DNA from: Hydrolagus colliei
Taxonomy: Eukaryota
Direction of reading: 5' to 3'
Assembly: GCA_035084275.1 (NCBI GenBank)
Contig: CM068755.1
Span: 13,020,001 to 13,084,000 of the forward strand
Length of the DNA stretch: 64,000 nucleotides
The notes below the pieces were generated by a model, which worked only from the letters and a program-made list of their open reading frames with translations, did no database searches and had not been told where the DNA came from. How positions within the stretch are numbered: position 1 is the stretch's first letter; the number at the start of each line of letters is the position of its first letter. This document shows positions 10,086-23,102 of the stretch, piece by piece. Position numbers and translations under genes: made by a program.

Positions 10086-13000
10086 AAGATAATGGCTTTT
10101 TGCACCTCCACAGCTCATTCAACGCAAATAATACCCTTATACAGATTTGTTGCTTGTGCCAACATCTTCATTACCATTCCCTTAATCTATCTTCAGTATC
10201 TATGAATGCTCTTCTTGCTTGAGTGCAGAACCAACTTTTTGCCATATATTTTGTTTATTTCATACAAAATTGGTTTCAATCAATCCCTGGTGATGATGCG
10301 TGACATTTTATCTGCTCTATTGAATAGGGAAGGAGAAAAAATGTAGGTTGCTAAAGTAAATGTAGCCATTTCATTTGATCAATTATACGAAGCAAACACG
10401 TTGGCCACTTAATACGCCAAACAAACATTTGTACTGAAAAAGGCAATTTTCATCTGCCCTAAGGGGCATTAGAACTGCTTTGATCATCATTTGTTTGTAG
10501 CGCAAAAGTGCAATGTCAGTAGGCAAATATCACGGAAAAAAGTGACAATTGCTCGGTTTTATCCTTTGAAGAATTAGTTTATTTTAAAGCTTATTTTGTG
10601 GTCAGCCAAACGTCTCTGTGCTTCTTAAAATGTTTGTTTTTGAGGGAAGGTTCCCAGGGTAGTATTTAAAAGCACAGGCAGGCTCAGTGCTTGTGGAGGC
10701 CATTCCTTCTGGTTTTACCTTCTGTGAGGAAATAGTGCATGGAAGCTCGCAAACGATGAGACCCGCTTAATCGGTTCCAGATCTGTGACATTAAGCTTTG
10801 CTTTCGGAAAGGGCAAGAGTGATCAATTGACTGAAATTACAAGCAATCACAGTTTATCATTTTAAAGGGGGGTGTCTAACCATCCATAGCACTGTAAATG
10901 CAATAAAATGCTAAGGGAGCTCAAAACTGCAGAATTTCTAAATGCATTTTATTCCTTGTTAAGGAACATGGTAAGTACATGTTTTGAGATACCCCTGACT
11001 CCTGAGTAATGGTAGCAACCAAAGACAACACTCAAACCCCTGAGTGTGGCCATCTTAGATTTCTGCATTCCTCCTAGGAGTTGGGCAGAAGTAAATGAGG
11101 ACACCTTGGGCTGTGGTATTCTTCCTATTCAGTTCCTGTGAACCCTGTGAGCCAAAGCCCTAATCGGTTGTGTAGTCCTAGCAAGACAATCAGCAGGAAG
11201 CTTGATGGACATCGCTCATAATATGGTTTTAGCTGGTTGAACTCCAGCAATATTTCAACGCACACAATGGGGTTCCCAAGCCTTATATCCTGCCAACCTG
11301 CACCAAATACTACATTTTAGATAAAACAGCTGTATGCAATACTTTGAGATGCTATGAATTGTTGTGTACAAATCACAGTAAAATTAAAAAACAATATTAA
11401 AATTTGTTAATTTATTGATTTGTTTTAAAAAAAAGCTAACGGCAGAATGTATTGCTGATCAATCTTTCTCTCTACACGCTGCCATGTATGTAATGTATGT
11501 GTACCATTTATAAATACTCAATTTATTGAAAACTACAAATTGGAAATCGGGCAAGTTAAAAAAAAATTCAGGTAACAGTTTAAATAGTCTACATTCCAGT
11601 CACTCAAAAACCCAGCAGCAACAAAGTGAATGAGTTCCTCACTTAGTCTGAAATCTCCACAAGTCAATCATTAGCAGCCTGTTTCCTTGATTTCTGCGAT
11701 TGTGCTGGTGGAGGTGTAAAAGCTTTCGGTGGAAGTTTTTGTGAATTGAGATTTTACAAGCATCAGAAATGTTCCTTCAGTGCTAATATTAAATTTTAGT
11801 GAATAGTTTTTCAACTGCAATCTTTTGAAAACTTTACATTTTCCAGTCAAAGCAAGATGTGGACCTGAAACTTTTCTGATGCCAAAATCTGATTGCATCT
11901 GATTTTCAATTCAATGCTAGTTATTTTTGATCACATCAAATGTTAAATGCAATATTTTTCTAGTCTTTTAAAATGCATTCCGGAATTATTGAGTTGCTAG
12001 AATATGATTGTATCTGCCTTTCGATTCCACTTCAATTCAATAGCCTTCTCCGCAGGCAAATGGAGACAGTATACGACAGTGTTGATCTGTGCTGCTAAGC
12101 TTAAACGCCAATGAGCTTGCAACTGTTAAAACCATGGCACTGTCAAAAAAGTGTCCTTGTGATGTGTAGGCAAAAAGTCAAAGCGTCCTTGGGTTCAATT
12201 GTTCCTTCAGCGTTCACTGTTCAAAAGAGTACCTGGCATACTCTACATTATTAATGACACTCTCTGTGGCCTCTTTCACACAGAGCTTTGGCAGATTGCC
12301 ATTTATAACACCAGAGAACTTGATGTTTCTGTACAATGTATGGTAATGGACAAAGATTAGTTTGCAGAACAATGATAATCTGCCAATTTGAATTGATTCT
12401 TAGAGTACTTAGATCAATTCTGCTAGCAGATGGTATCTGTTGCGCTGGCTCAATAATTATGTGATGTATTTGTGTAACTGTCAATCTGTTACATGATAAG
12501 CATGCTTTTAAAAATTTAACTGTATTAAAAATCATAGAAATTATTCCTTTGAGAAAAACACAACCCAGAATACATGAGAATAAGAATGTGTTCTTAGAGC
12601 GCTGTGTCATCTGTGAGAGAGCAGCACTGAACTCACTATTTGGTGTCCTGGCATACAGAAAATGTGAACAGATGTAAATGCCAGGCCACATATTATCTTC
12701 CCAATTAAAATTAATAACTGGTGGTTATAATAAATAAAAAGGGTAAATCTGTGCCCAGTCTAGAATTTTATTTTAGCGTTAAAATAAAGCTCAGTGAAGC
12801 ACACCGTAGTTAATCTATCAAAATCTGAATCTAGAAGCATCCAGGAATATTCAATGAAGTCTACCTCCCACTGGTGGTTAGTAAGGTTTTTATGAATGCA
12901 GCAGGTTGTTGGCATGATACATTCATAATTGTAGTGTATATGATATAATAAGATGCTACGGTTGAGGACAGTGAGTGGACGGACCTCAGTAAACAAGTCG

Positions 13001-13189
13001 GTAAATGTTCCTACAAGTCAGCACACCAAGCTACCGCCGTATCTTAGTTCAATGGTATGGAGTCACATCAACCAGAGTCAAAGCTTTGCTTTGGTTGAAA
13101 TCTAATGTGGAAAAAAAAGCAGAGCGGATCAGTGGTAAAAGTCATTCAGCAGATAGCGTCAGATGAAGTTTTGGAGGTACACTTGCAGT

Positions 13190-13320
13190 ATATTTGATGT
13201 TCAATCTCCCACAAAATAAACAGTTAATTCACTTTACAGTATATTCTGTGAAGAGCATCAAGATGTCTCGAAGACATGCTAAGACACTATCTCAAATGCA
13301 GGAACTATTATCACTAATAT
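13190..13320 (+). mobile_element. SINE 3' tail
   Basis: CACAAAATAAACAGTTAATTCACTTTACAGTATATTCTGTGAAG...CAAATGCAGG. Confidence 0.8.
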
Positions 13321-13369
13321 ATTTTCATTACAGACAGTTCAGTGGGTGCTGCAGAACTCTGTAATACAA

Positions 13370-13488
13370 GCGTAGGACCCTGGACTCATTTAAAAAGAAC
13401 AGCTTGATCGATTGGAAGATCGTAGGGATGAGATTGGATGGTACAAAGAGCCTTTTTAATCCAAACTAACCTTGTGATCATGTGATCA
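13370..13488 (+). mobile_element. CR1 3' end remnant (second CR1 subfamily)
   Basis: AACAGCTTGAT...GATGAGATTGGATGG...GAGCCTTTTTAATCCAAACTAACCTTGTGATC; similar to 50897-51140 (minus) and 54535-54712. Confidence 0.55.
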
Positions 13489-14699
13489 ACTTACATTAAG
13501 AAATGTTGGTCTTTGCTCTGCATAACATCCATATTACCCAACAGAGGCATCATCACGTCATGATTGTTCATGACGGCATTGGCATAACAAGCACATCATC
13601 AGCTCTGTAAACTGCACCAGAGGGAATTCTGCCAGAAGAAATTCATAAGTGCCCCATTTTCTGCACTGGAAATGAACGTGTTATTATGTTGTGTTAATCA
13701 GATCGCTTTAATTCCATGATGCCTTCCTGCCCATAATCAATCTACCAGTGCAGTGCTAAACATTTTGAAATGATCCATTCACAATCTAATGTGCCACACT
13801 AGAGGAGACAATCCTTTTCTTCAGCTGTGAATTGCAGAATTAATTCCACATGCTTGCATTTGCACATGGCGCATAATACATCTACAATTTACGGAAAGTT
13901 TACAGTTGGCACACAATGCCCATATTTCAAGCATTGTAGAAAGTGGAGAGCCTGACACCATTTGAGTTAAGTTTTTGCAAATACCTTTATTTATGTTCAC
14001 TACCTCCAATAAAAACTCAAAACCCATCCTTAGAAATAATATAACTTTACAAGTAATCAGTAGGTATTACAGCTCCTAACATCTAAAATAGGTGAATAAT
14101 TCGGTCCATATGATTTAAACAACCATTAAAAATTCAGCAATTGACCTGCTGACTGTCTTATATTATTGGTAACATTAAATGTTCAGATGCTGCATCTCTT
14201 TATTGCATTATTTTAGCGTCAGCGTTAATCATTTTGAAAACAATTACACTCATTTGCTAAATTATTTAAAGTTTTAGAATTTAATGGGTTTGAAATCTTT
14301 ACACATCAGTACTTTCCTAAATGCCTTTCCAGGAATAAAGGTTACTAAGCGACGTATCTCACTCATGCCCTCCTATTATGCATCTTTCTATTAAATGAAG
14401 GTGATGTATTATATAACTTGCATTAAGCTTCAGTCACAGATCCCAAAATAATTATGCATATCATTCCATTCTTGGATTCAACCAAGTTATTCTCAAGATA
14501 TTTTATATTTGCAATATTCTTGTGGGATATGGCCTCTGAAATAGCAGGATCTCTGACACAAATCAACAACAACAACAAAAAAATTACATTACATCCCTCC
14601 CGACATGAAAGACGCATTGCTTATAGATGCCTTAGTACCTGTAATATGAATTCTTGAGCTTAAAAAATGAAGCTAGCCCCACTTTGAAACACACCCTTT

Positions 14700-14903
14700 G
14701 CTACCTGGCAACAATTGCGCACAACAGTGTCCCACAAATAGTCGTGGATTGAAGTGCCCAATTTATTATTGTATTTCTTCTTGAGGGACAATTATCAAGC
14801 ATGTGGAATAAGGAAACTTGCCCGAGGTTTCGCCCTGCCTGGAATCGAACCCAGGTCTCTCGCATGTAATCGGATTGCTCTAACCACTGAGCTACAGGAC
14901 ACC
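14700..14903 (-). mobile_element. tRNA-Val-derived DeuSINE-like SINE, 5' part with intact Pol III A and B boxes
   Basis: Minus strand GGTGTCCTGTAGCTCAGTGGTTAGAGCAATCCGATTACATGCGAGAGACCTGGGTTCGATTCCAGGCAGGGC followed by Deu-like TTTGTGGGACACTGTTGTGCGCAATTG. Confidence 0.88.
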
Positions 14904-15454
14904 ACTTAACATCCTCCCAACATGCACATATCAAAGGTATTGCTAATATTATTATTATTATTATTATTATGATATTATTATAATTTATTGTTGAGCTACT
15001 CGTGTCAGTCACTTCACTATGATCAATTACCCTTTGGAGGGCAGACATGTCACCATGGAGGGAGAAAAAAAATTATGTGGCCAATTACTCAATCAAATAC
15101 AGTATTTCTACATACAATTATGCCCTTTCCTTTCCTTTGTTGCAGCTAACAGAGTTGCAATGAAGATTCTCGTAATATTCCTTTACCTTAATTTGCAAGA
15201 GAGAAATGTAAAGAGAACATAGCACTGAATCCCCAGTCACGGTTTTACATTTCATGTTTTTTCCCCGCCCCCGTGTCTTTTCATGGCCACTTCCCCTATT
15301 TTCATTGACATTCGCAAAGTCCACTTTGCTAGGATTTAACCACAGTGCAATCAACACAGGTTGGTTGACCACTGGTTCAACAGTTCAAGAGTAAGCCTGA
15401 ATAGTTGAAGGTCTATCACAGGCCTATACAGTGTCCATTTGTAAGGTTTTTAAG

Positions 15455-15530
15455 ACTTTTCTTTTCGACCTGCTTTGAGAATGTCCTCCTGACATAAAAG
15501 GCGCTATGTAAATGTAAAATGGTTGTTGTT
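15455..15530 (+). mobile_element. L2/SINE 3' tail
   Basis: GCTTTGAGAATGTCCTCCTGACATAAAAGGCGCTATGTAAATGTAA..(GTT)n. Confidence 0.65.
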
Positions 15531-16279
15531 ATATATTAGAAAATGCCACGTCCTACATTGTTTCCCGAACAGGAAATTAAGTGGAACCTAGTTATAAGAT
15601 AAGAAGAGCAAAAGAAGATGTGATTTTTTTAAATTCAGAACATTGGATGTGTTTCAATCTTCCCATATGCAATAATGTTTTTTTTCATATTAATGTTTAC
15701 AGCAGTAATTTTCCACTGATCCTAGTCCCATTACTGCACTTCCATGTGATACCACATTGAGTTATTCCAAGTCACCATGGATCAGTTTGTGGTGACTAAA
15801 ATACCAATTACTAAAGGAATGGATCTGATTAAATTAACCAGATTGCCACTTTTTGCATTTCTGTACACGATGTGTGCGCGCTATAAGTCACACTAATGCA
15901 GAGGTTGAAAGCTCCCACTCACTTACACTAATACTTTATCAGACAGATCCCATACATTTTCTACTAAATACAAATCTACTGTGATTTATACAATTGTAGG
16001 GAGTCGTTAACATGCACAATGACACAATCACAAGCGTATTTTAGGAAATCTGAGAGCAAAGTGGGATTGCTTTAACCTGATTTAAAGGGACATGACCAAA
16101 TGTTAAACTGATCGAGAGTGTAAACCCTACAATTGGTTGCATAGGTATCAACTAATTGATATAATGTTAATCACTCTCTGAATGCATACACTGAGAGGTT
16201 CCCAGAGTTTAGAAGAGTGACGTTCTGTCAGAGCACTTCGGAAAGTGCAGAACATCTCCCACAAATATACAATCAAATT

Positions 16280-16480
16280 TCCTACTTTCCTTCCCCTAAC
16301 CAAGACCCCTCCTCCCCTGTTCTGGTCCCTACCTCTTTTCACCCATTTCTTCCCTCTTGTCTTCTCCCTCCCCCACTGCTCTGGTCCCAACCTTGGGATG
16401 TTGTTGTATTCTGTGATGCACTTTGAGACGTCAATAAGACGTGGAAAGCGCTATATAAATGTAAGGAGTATTATTATTAT
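16280..16480 (+). mobile_element. L2 3' UTR / SINE tail remnant
   Basis: Pyrimidine-rich stretch followed by GTGATGCACTTTGAGACGTC...GTGGAAAGCGCTATATAAATGTAAGG(ATT)n. Confidence 0.65.
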
Positions 16481-16595
16481 AACCATAGAGCAGGTAGATT
16501 CCAATCTTAATATGAATTAAAATAACTGTTAATTCTCAGTGTTCAACCAAAACGCAGATCATGGGAAAGTTTGGTACATCCAAAAATGCAGAATA

Positions 16596-16718
16596 CCCTC
16601 AGCATTGCTTTGTTGTGTCAGTCATAACTATGTGAGTTCAAAGTACTGACTTGGGACTTGAACCCACAACTTTCTGACTCAGAGGCAAAAGTGCTGTCAA
16701 CTGAGCCCGACTGACACC
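16596..16718 (-). mobile_element. SacSINE1-like SINE tRNA head
   Basis: Minus strand GGTGTCAGTCGGGCTCAGTTGACAGCACTTTTGCCTCTGAGTCAGAAAGTTGTGGGTTCAAGTCCCA. Confidence 0.75.
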
Positions 16719-19633
16719 AACACTGAGACTATTTTTGTGGGGGTGCCACAAATCAGCCTTTCGCCTCTAATCACCACACTTTTCTTGCAGTCCTCTGCAT
16801 CTCTGGTAACAAAGGACACTGTTCATGTTTTGCTTATTTAAACCCATGCATTCACCTGCCATTTATTGAGGGATCTAAGAACACCATCTCACTGTTTAAT
16901 AAATTGGTTGACTAACACACACAGTTCCTTTTCCCTGAAGCGTGGCTTGCAGGTAATTTGGGGGTTGCAAGCCATTTTCTTGTTTTACTGCCAGTGCACA
17001 ATAAGCTGCACTCATTAACAAAGGTCAAGTGATTCATTTCTGGTTGTTAAGCTCTTACATTTGCATAATTCTATTGAACTTTCAATTGGATGGCTTAATT
17101 TACCGTTGACGGCAAATTACTACCTGACAAGTCAACAGTAAATTTGCCCAGTTTCCAGGCAGATGCCACCAACAGAGTCCCCAGTTCAGCCACACAGAAT
17201 TGAGCCCTACCTTAAGTTAGAGATTGTTTGGTAGAAAAAGCTTCCAAGGTTATATGTTGCAATATCAGTGGCACATTCTGCTCGGCAAGAGATATAGATA
17301 ATAGATTCAATGTCATTTGGAACAATCAAAACACTTACTTTGGAGAACAAGAGTGGAAACACAGGAGTATCGGGCTGAACGAAAGTCAGAGTAAAATATT
17401 CAAGAGCGAAATGTCCATCAATATAACTGTATGAAATCTTGCATGGACCAATATCACTTTTCATTGGAGTACTGCAAATGAGGTTCACTCCAATCAAATA
17501 TCTTTATATTTCCAGTTCAACTGGAAACTCTCGGTCATTAGCAATTCATAATAATTCATAAACCGTAAAAATCCAGCAATGGAATGAAAATACAGTACAT
17601 TTGAAGTGGTTTGCACAGGAATAACTAGAGTTTCATGTTGTATAAAAAAAATCTTGCCAGTTTGCCTGAAGGATATTATTGTTCCATATTGTGCATGGTG
17701 TGACCGTCTTTCCAATGGTGAAGCTGAGACAGGTGTGTAAACCTGCGCAGTGGGACCCTTACATCTGGAGTTCCAAACACGACAGCCAGCTTACAACTTG
17801 CCAGGTGGATGACAGTGATAAGACTCCCAATCCCATGGGCTCCCCTCGAATTGTCAGACTAACACCTTCGAGATTACCCTCAAATGAGCAGCTAAGAAAT
17901 TGACAAACCTTATACACACGCGACTATGGCTGATATTACTTTGGGGAATCAAAATCTGTAAGGCACAAAAATAACCCTGTCTGTCTAACCAACTAAGTTG
18001 ATAACTGCTCTGTTACAAATGTAATAAAATGTCAAATAACCTCATATTAATAAATAGTTTGTATTAGTTATATCTTTATTAGGAGCCTTTAAATGGCAAA
18101 TGCATTTATCTCATGTTGGAAACATTGAAGGAAAATGCAACTGCTTATGTGGACCATAAAATAGCTAAGTGTTGTTTCATTTTAAGATCCATGAATGTAA
18201 ATCACTTCATTCAAATAACGTTTGAATATCAATTTAGTATTATAGTATTAGACAGATAGATTGAGATGTAGTTTGGGGACTGAGGGCATATTGCAAGCAT
18301 AATGACCACCACTTCAAGGTTCTTCTACAATCTGCCCAAAGTAACAAATCTATATTTGAGATAGTATTTTTTTTAATCAGATGCTGTTGTTAAAATCATT
18401 TCAGTATTGTTTTACTTTCAAATATATTCTTCAAAATTTGGGAGATACTTTGGTGCAGGATTCTTAATATCCCAGGCAATCAGGTAGCAGTGGTAACTGT
18501 TCTGCTAGTTTTCCTTTACTCTTCCCATAAGGCTTGTCATTCTTTTAGTCTCAAAGACTGTTCTACCTTTCCTTTCACAAGATCAGAAACATAGATTGGT
18601 AATTCACCAGAGACACCTCTGTCCTATACCTTTTTCATGCAGCTCCTTTAGTTTACAGTGTGGGTGAGCGGCCTTGGTTAGCTCCTGCCTCATTTAACAG
18701 ATGGCACATGCTGTGGAGGGACATAGTCCACACCAGTTATCATTCAAGTCATGAGGTGTTCATCTAAAGCCTCAACCAAGACCTAAGAAAGCACAATGCA
18801 CTTATGGTTGGCAGCTTTATGTGTCGGGTAGTGTGAGGCTGTAAGGGTCTACACCAAGGCTGTCAACAGGTTCTGTTTAGAACTGAAGGAATCCCTTTAT
18901 TTTCTGTGCCAACATGCAGTGTAGGAACGTGTTCCCGCCTATCCATGGTTGAAGTATTTCAGAAGATTTACTGAAGATCTTATTTCGAATTAAGGGCCTT
19001 TTATCCTGCCTTTGTGTCCAGCTGGAAGGACTGAGATAGCCAAACGTAAAGTGGAAATGGGTGGATTCCCTGGACAGGCAGTTCCTGTTAGTTAGATTAC
19101 AATAGTTGTCATCCAGGCAATCAGAAAGGAGGGAAACACAAGAGACGGTGAAGTGTTACAGCTGCATCGTTTGTTAAAAAAAAGTAGAACGCTAAGACTC
19201 TATAAACAATTGAATTTAATCTCACATCCTGGCAGCACACAGTGCTATCCCTGCAGGATACTGTAAATTAACCTTCTATGTGCCATCATACACTTTATCT
19301 TCGCACTTAATGTGCAATATTGCAGAAGTACTTTAATAAGTCTTTTTTTTCCCCCCCCGACCTCTATTTACTACCCAAGTACAACATCTCAAATTCTGTG
19401 TGTGCTTTTGGACTGCGCTATTTAACTTGCCCGGATGAGTACAGTCATTTTGTCTTCCTTAATTCAAGTATTACAATGCGAAAACATTTGCACTGAGAGT
19501 ACCCTGCTGCAGTACTCATTTCTTTTTATTTAACTTGTTATGTGCGTGCAGTCTTCATATAAGAAAATACCTGATTCATTTCAAATTGCTTCAATTGAAA
19601 CAATTGCATTAAAGATGATTCAAGTACATAATT

Positions 19634-19750
19634 TTGCCCACAAAATACACAGTCAATCCACTTTATAATATACCCTGTGAAATACTTTAAGACATCTCAA
19701 TGACATGATAAGGCGCTATAATCAAATGCAAGGATTATTAATATTATTAT
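19634..19750 (+). mobile_element. SINE 3' tail
   Basis: CCCACAAAATACACAGTCAATCCACTTTA...GATAAGGCGCTATAATCAAATGCAAGG(ATT)n. Confidence 0.82.
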
Positions 19751-21384
19751 ACAGTATAAAGGTTTTAAACATTATTTTCTCCCCCACACATCTGCATTCC
19801 ATGAGCGTAATTATACATATATATTTAAGACTGTTCTAACTATATAAAATATCTGAAATGGTTAGTCTCCGAATTTTGGTTGCACTGGTGATGGTTCACC
19901 AAACATCAGTAAATGTGCCAACCTTCACTGACAAGCCATCCCGATTCGCTTTAAGACATCCTCTTGAAGTGAAAGTGTAGTACCTTTTGCCTTTTCTTTC
20001 TATTCCAGTTGTTTTTTTTACAGCCTGCTTGTTCCAACAAAGTACCCAAGGCAGGTAGGGGGGGAAATGGCTATTGATGGTCAAGATTAATAGGGCCCAT
20101 TGTTCCTCACCTGCCGACTGGGAAAACTTCCCTGGCATAAACGGTGCGATTTCTCAAGCCAGAAGCAACCCGAGACATCGGGTTCATCTGATGGATCTGA
20201 CAATAACAGATTTCTCCTCCGCTCCCAGAAGGAAAACAACTCGCATCCGTGTGGAACGCCAGCGAGAACCAATAACACCCAGCCAACAGAGTCAAGTAAG
20301 GCTGCATAGCAGGTGACCTCGTCCCAACTCCCAGACAGAAGGCTGCAGGTTTATTGCACACCTGCTTGAGCTACTGACCTGCCCAGAGATGATATCTATC
20401 TCAGGGCTTGGAGTAGACTACAGCTGTTCCTTTCTAGATGCAAACTGATCCAATGGCTGATTACTGGGTGCATTACTGAAACAGTGTTTCCTAGCAGCAG
20501 GGGAGATACGTTTACCTAGATTGGGTGCAATATCATGGCGTTGAGTGCCCAGTCCCAGAGGGACCCTAATGTAGATTAATTGTGATCAAACTTTTTAACC
20601 AAATTCAGCCTATCTAAACCTCTCCAAGATGTAACCCTATGTAAAGAGTGTTATGTAAACATAAGTTATGGCAAGTATAAATGTGAATAGACGTTTTGAT
20701 TCTCTAGTTGTCTAATATGTAGCTGGATCCCCTGGTTCCAGAAGAAAATATTTCCTGGCAGTACAACAGCCCTGTAACACAGATTTCAGCATCAAATTCA
20801 TCTTCAGAGGAATTATGGCCAACACTACTCCAAATTTAAAATGTATTCACATGCTCATGCTTAATCAAGGCTTCCCACTGATATTAAGATGCTTCTCACA
20901 ATTCAATTATGATTGTGATTTAAAAATTACTGCAACATTCAGCTTTACATTCTTAGTAATTGTTTCCTGCCATAAGTATGAATGGTACATTTCAGAGTCG
21001 ATAAGATAGATTTTCTTTCATTTGGACACCAAGCTAATTCTCTGCCTCTTGATTGTCTGTGATATTACTCCAGAGACCAATTCAATACAGGACATAAGTG
21101 CTGAATCTCATTAATTTCAGTACTACATATAGAATATCCACTTGTCAGTAAGTCAGTTCCTGACATATTTCAGTGCGTGGCACACAAAGCTGCAGTGAAA
21201 TTGATTGGGCATAAGGGATACAAATAGGTGTAAAATGCTTTTCTGAATCAAGCAGGGCAAGAAGTTTACAAACTTAAACATTGTGCACCACTAATATGTG
21301 TGAGTTTAGCTATTTCACTTTGTGTGATAAGTGCTGCTGTTGTAACATGATGCAGCCAGAAATGATTGTAACGAGGATAAATAT

Positions 21385-21590
21385 CTCTGCCGGTGTCCGG
21401 GCCAATAATTCCCCAGATTAAATTGGTCTTTGTCTTTCATGCCTGTTTTGTGGACCATTGCAGGGCAGCCACATTCGCCAACAAAATACTCTATCACTAC
21501 ACTATACAGTATTGCCTGTGAAGTGCTTTGAGACAACCTCATGGCATGAAAGGCACTGTATTCAAATGCGAGGAATATTTTCATTATTGA
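21385..21590 (+). mobile_element. DeuSINE-like SINE (Deu domain plus tail), degenerate
   Basis: CCGGTGTCCGGGCCAATAATTCC...TTTGTGGACCATTGC...GTGAAGTGCTTTGAGAC...ATGAAAGGCACTGTATTCAAATGC. Confidence 0.7.
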
Positions 21591-22036
21591 ATTTGATCCT
21601 GGAGGTTGCTGCAGAGATCAGTGTGGCTTATATTCACATACCAGAGATTTCCTTCATCTTAGCGACCGACCAAACATGCTAGTTTTACTTTCGGCAAGTA
21701 TACAATGGAAAAGTTAAACTGTATTTATGTCCAATTGATCTATAAAGCCAAGGCCTGAGAAAATGTTCACTGGGTGAAATTTTAAAAGCATTTTGTCTTC
21801 AAATGTAACATTGAGCAGAATTGTAGATAATTCACCTTTCAAATTGAGACTGAATTCAAAACATTTCCACAATTTGAAGACCAAATAGCCTTAAAGGATA
21901 AAACTGAGTTGTTGTGCTCTTTCACTTTCCTTTAGTTGTCAGTCATTTGTACTAGCCAATTTTCTGATCATCTAGTTTTTTTTAAAAAAAACATTTTGGT
22001 CAATTTCCTGGCCAATGCATTTGTGGCATTAAAATT

Positions 22037-22100
22037 TCTGAGGTCCAGTTGCTCTGCGTGTCTGTCTGATGTCTAGTTGCTCTGAGTGTCTGTCTGAGGT
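22037..22100. repeat. 28-bp tandem duplication
   Basis: gtccagttgctctgcgtgtctgtctgat / gtctagttgctctgagtgtctgtctgag. Confidence 0.85.
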
Positions 22101-22729
22101 AGGTGTCTGTTTCCCTCAACACCTCTGCACCTCATCTGACATCCATTTTACATAGCATTTTACACAGCATTCTAGCATCATGCATCATAATCCATAGGTC
22201 AGTGATGTTTACTCCCTGAACTAGACTTTCTTTCAGATATATCAGAATTCAAGTCGAGGGATGGGTTAATCCAAGATTACAGTACAACTAAAAACACAAA
22301 TTGTCTTATTTCTTCTGTTAAGCAGCATGTTGTTCGTATTTAAGACCGCTCGTTTCCTCAAACAGTTTGTTTTGATTATTCCTTATCGATTTTTTTTTGC
22401 TGTGTCCACGTTGTTGTCTATACGTCCAAAAGCACCTATGAAATAATCTCCAAATAAATCTTGTTTATTTTCCGATGTAATGTAGTCAAGCTATAAAAAT
22501 TAAAAGTGATCAATCATTTCGGGACAATGTTGACATAGACATAATAAATAGTTTGTGTTCTTACAAACGGGAGAGAAATCTAGGACATGAGATCCCTCAA
22601 GCCTTTAAGTACAGCGACATTTTGCCCCTATTAGCGAATGTCAGTTGGGATTGAGAGGAATACCAAAATAAAACTTCAACTTCAATAGAAATGATACAAT
22701 GGACAATTTTAAATGGTATTACATTATGT

Positions 22730-23102
22730 TGTAAATCGCTCCACGGCCTCGTCCCACCCTATCTCTGCGACCTCCTACATTCCTCCCAAAGTGGCTGTTT
22801 CCTACATTCAACGAACATTGGCCTGCTTCGTATCCCCTGCCCATCCGCCCAACATTATCATGTGGCCTTTCAGTCTTTCTGCCCTTGATCTCTGGAACTC
22901 CATCCCAGAGTCTCTCTGACTCTCTCCCTCTCTTGATTCAAACATTGCATCAAGACTTACTTTTCCAACTGCATTTTCAGACATCATTTCCGCCTCCACA
23001 CTCTTCAGCCCCCTCCAACTGGAGTGCCCAGCTGGCAGTGTGAAGCTCTTACAGACATGCTCCCAAAGTGAAAGGCGTTAAATAAATGTAAAGTGTATTG
23101 TA
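22730..23102 (+). mobile_element. L2 LINE 3' fragment
   Basis: KSLHGLVPPYLCDLL...GLLRIP...AFSLSALDLWNSIP (across frameshifts); tail GTGAAAGGCGTTAAATAAATGTAA. Confidence 0.85.

Noticed and set aside
9504-10111. Cluster of overlapping ORFs up to 173 aa
   Set aside because: Frameshifted L2 ORF2 remnant and its antisense frames
12251-12691. 146-aa minus-strand ORF
   Set aside because: Composition looks like random AT-rich DNA; no motif or splice support
14830-14903. tRNA-Val gene
   Set aside because: Stems are imperfect and it continues directly into SINE body sequence shared with 53175-53475 and 56048-56331, so it is a SINE head
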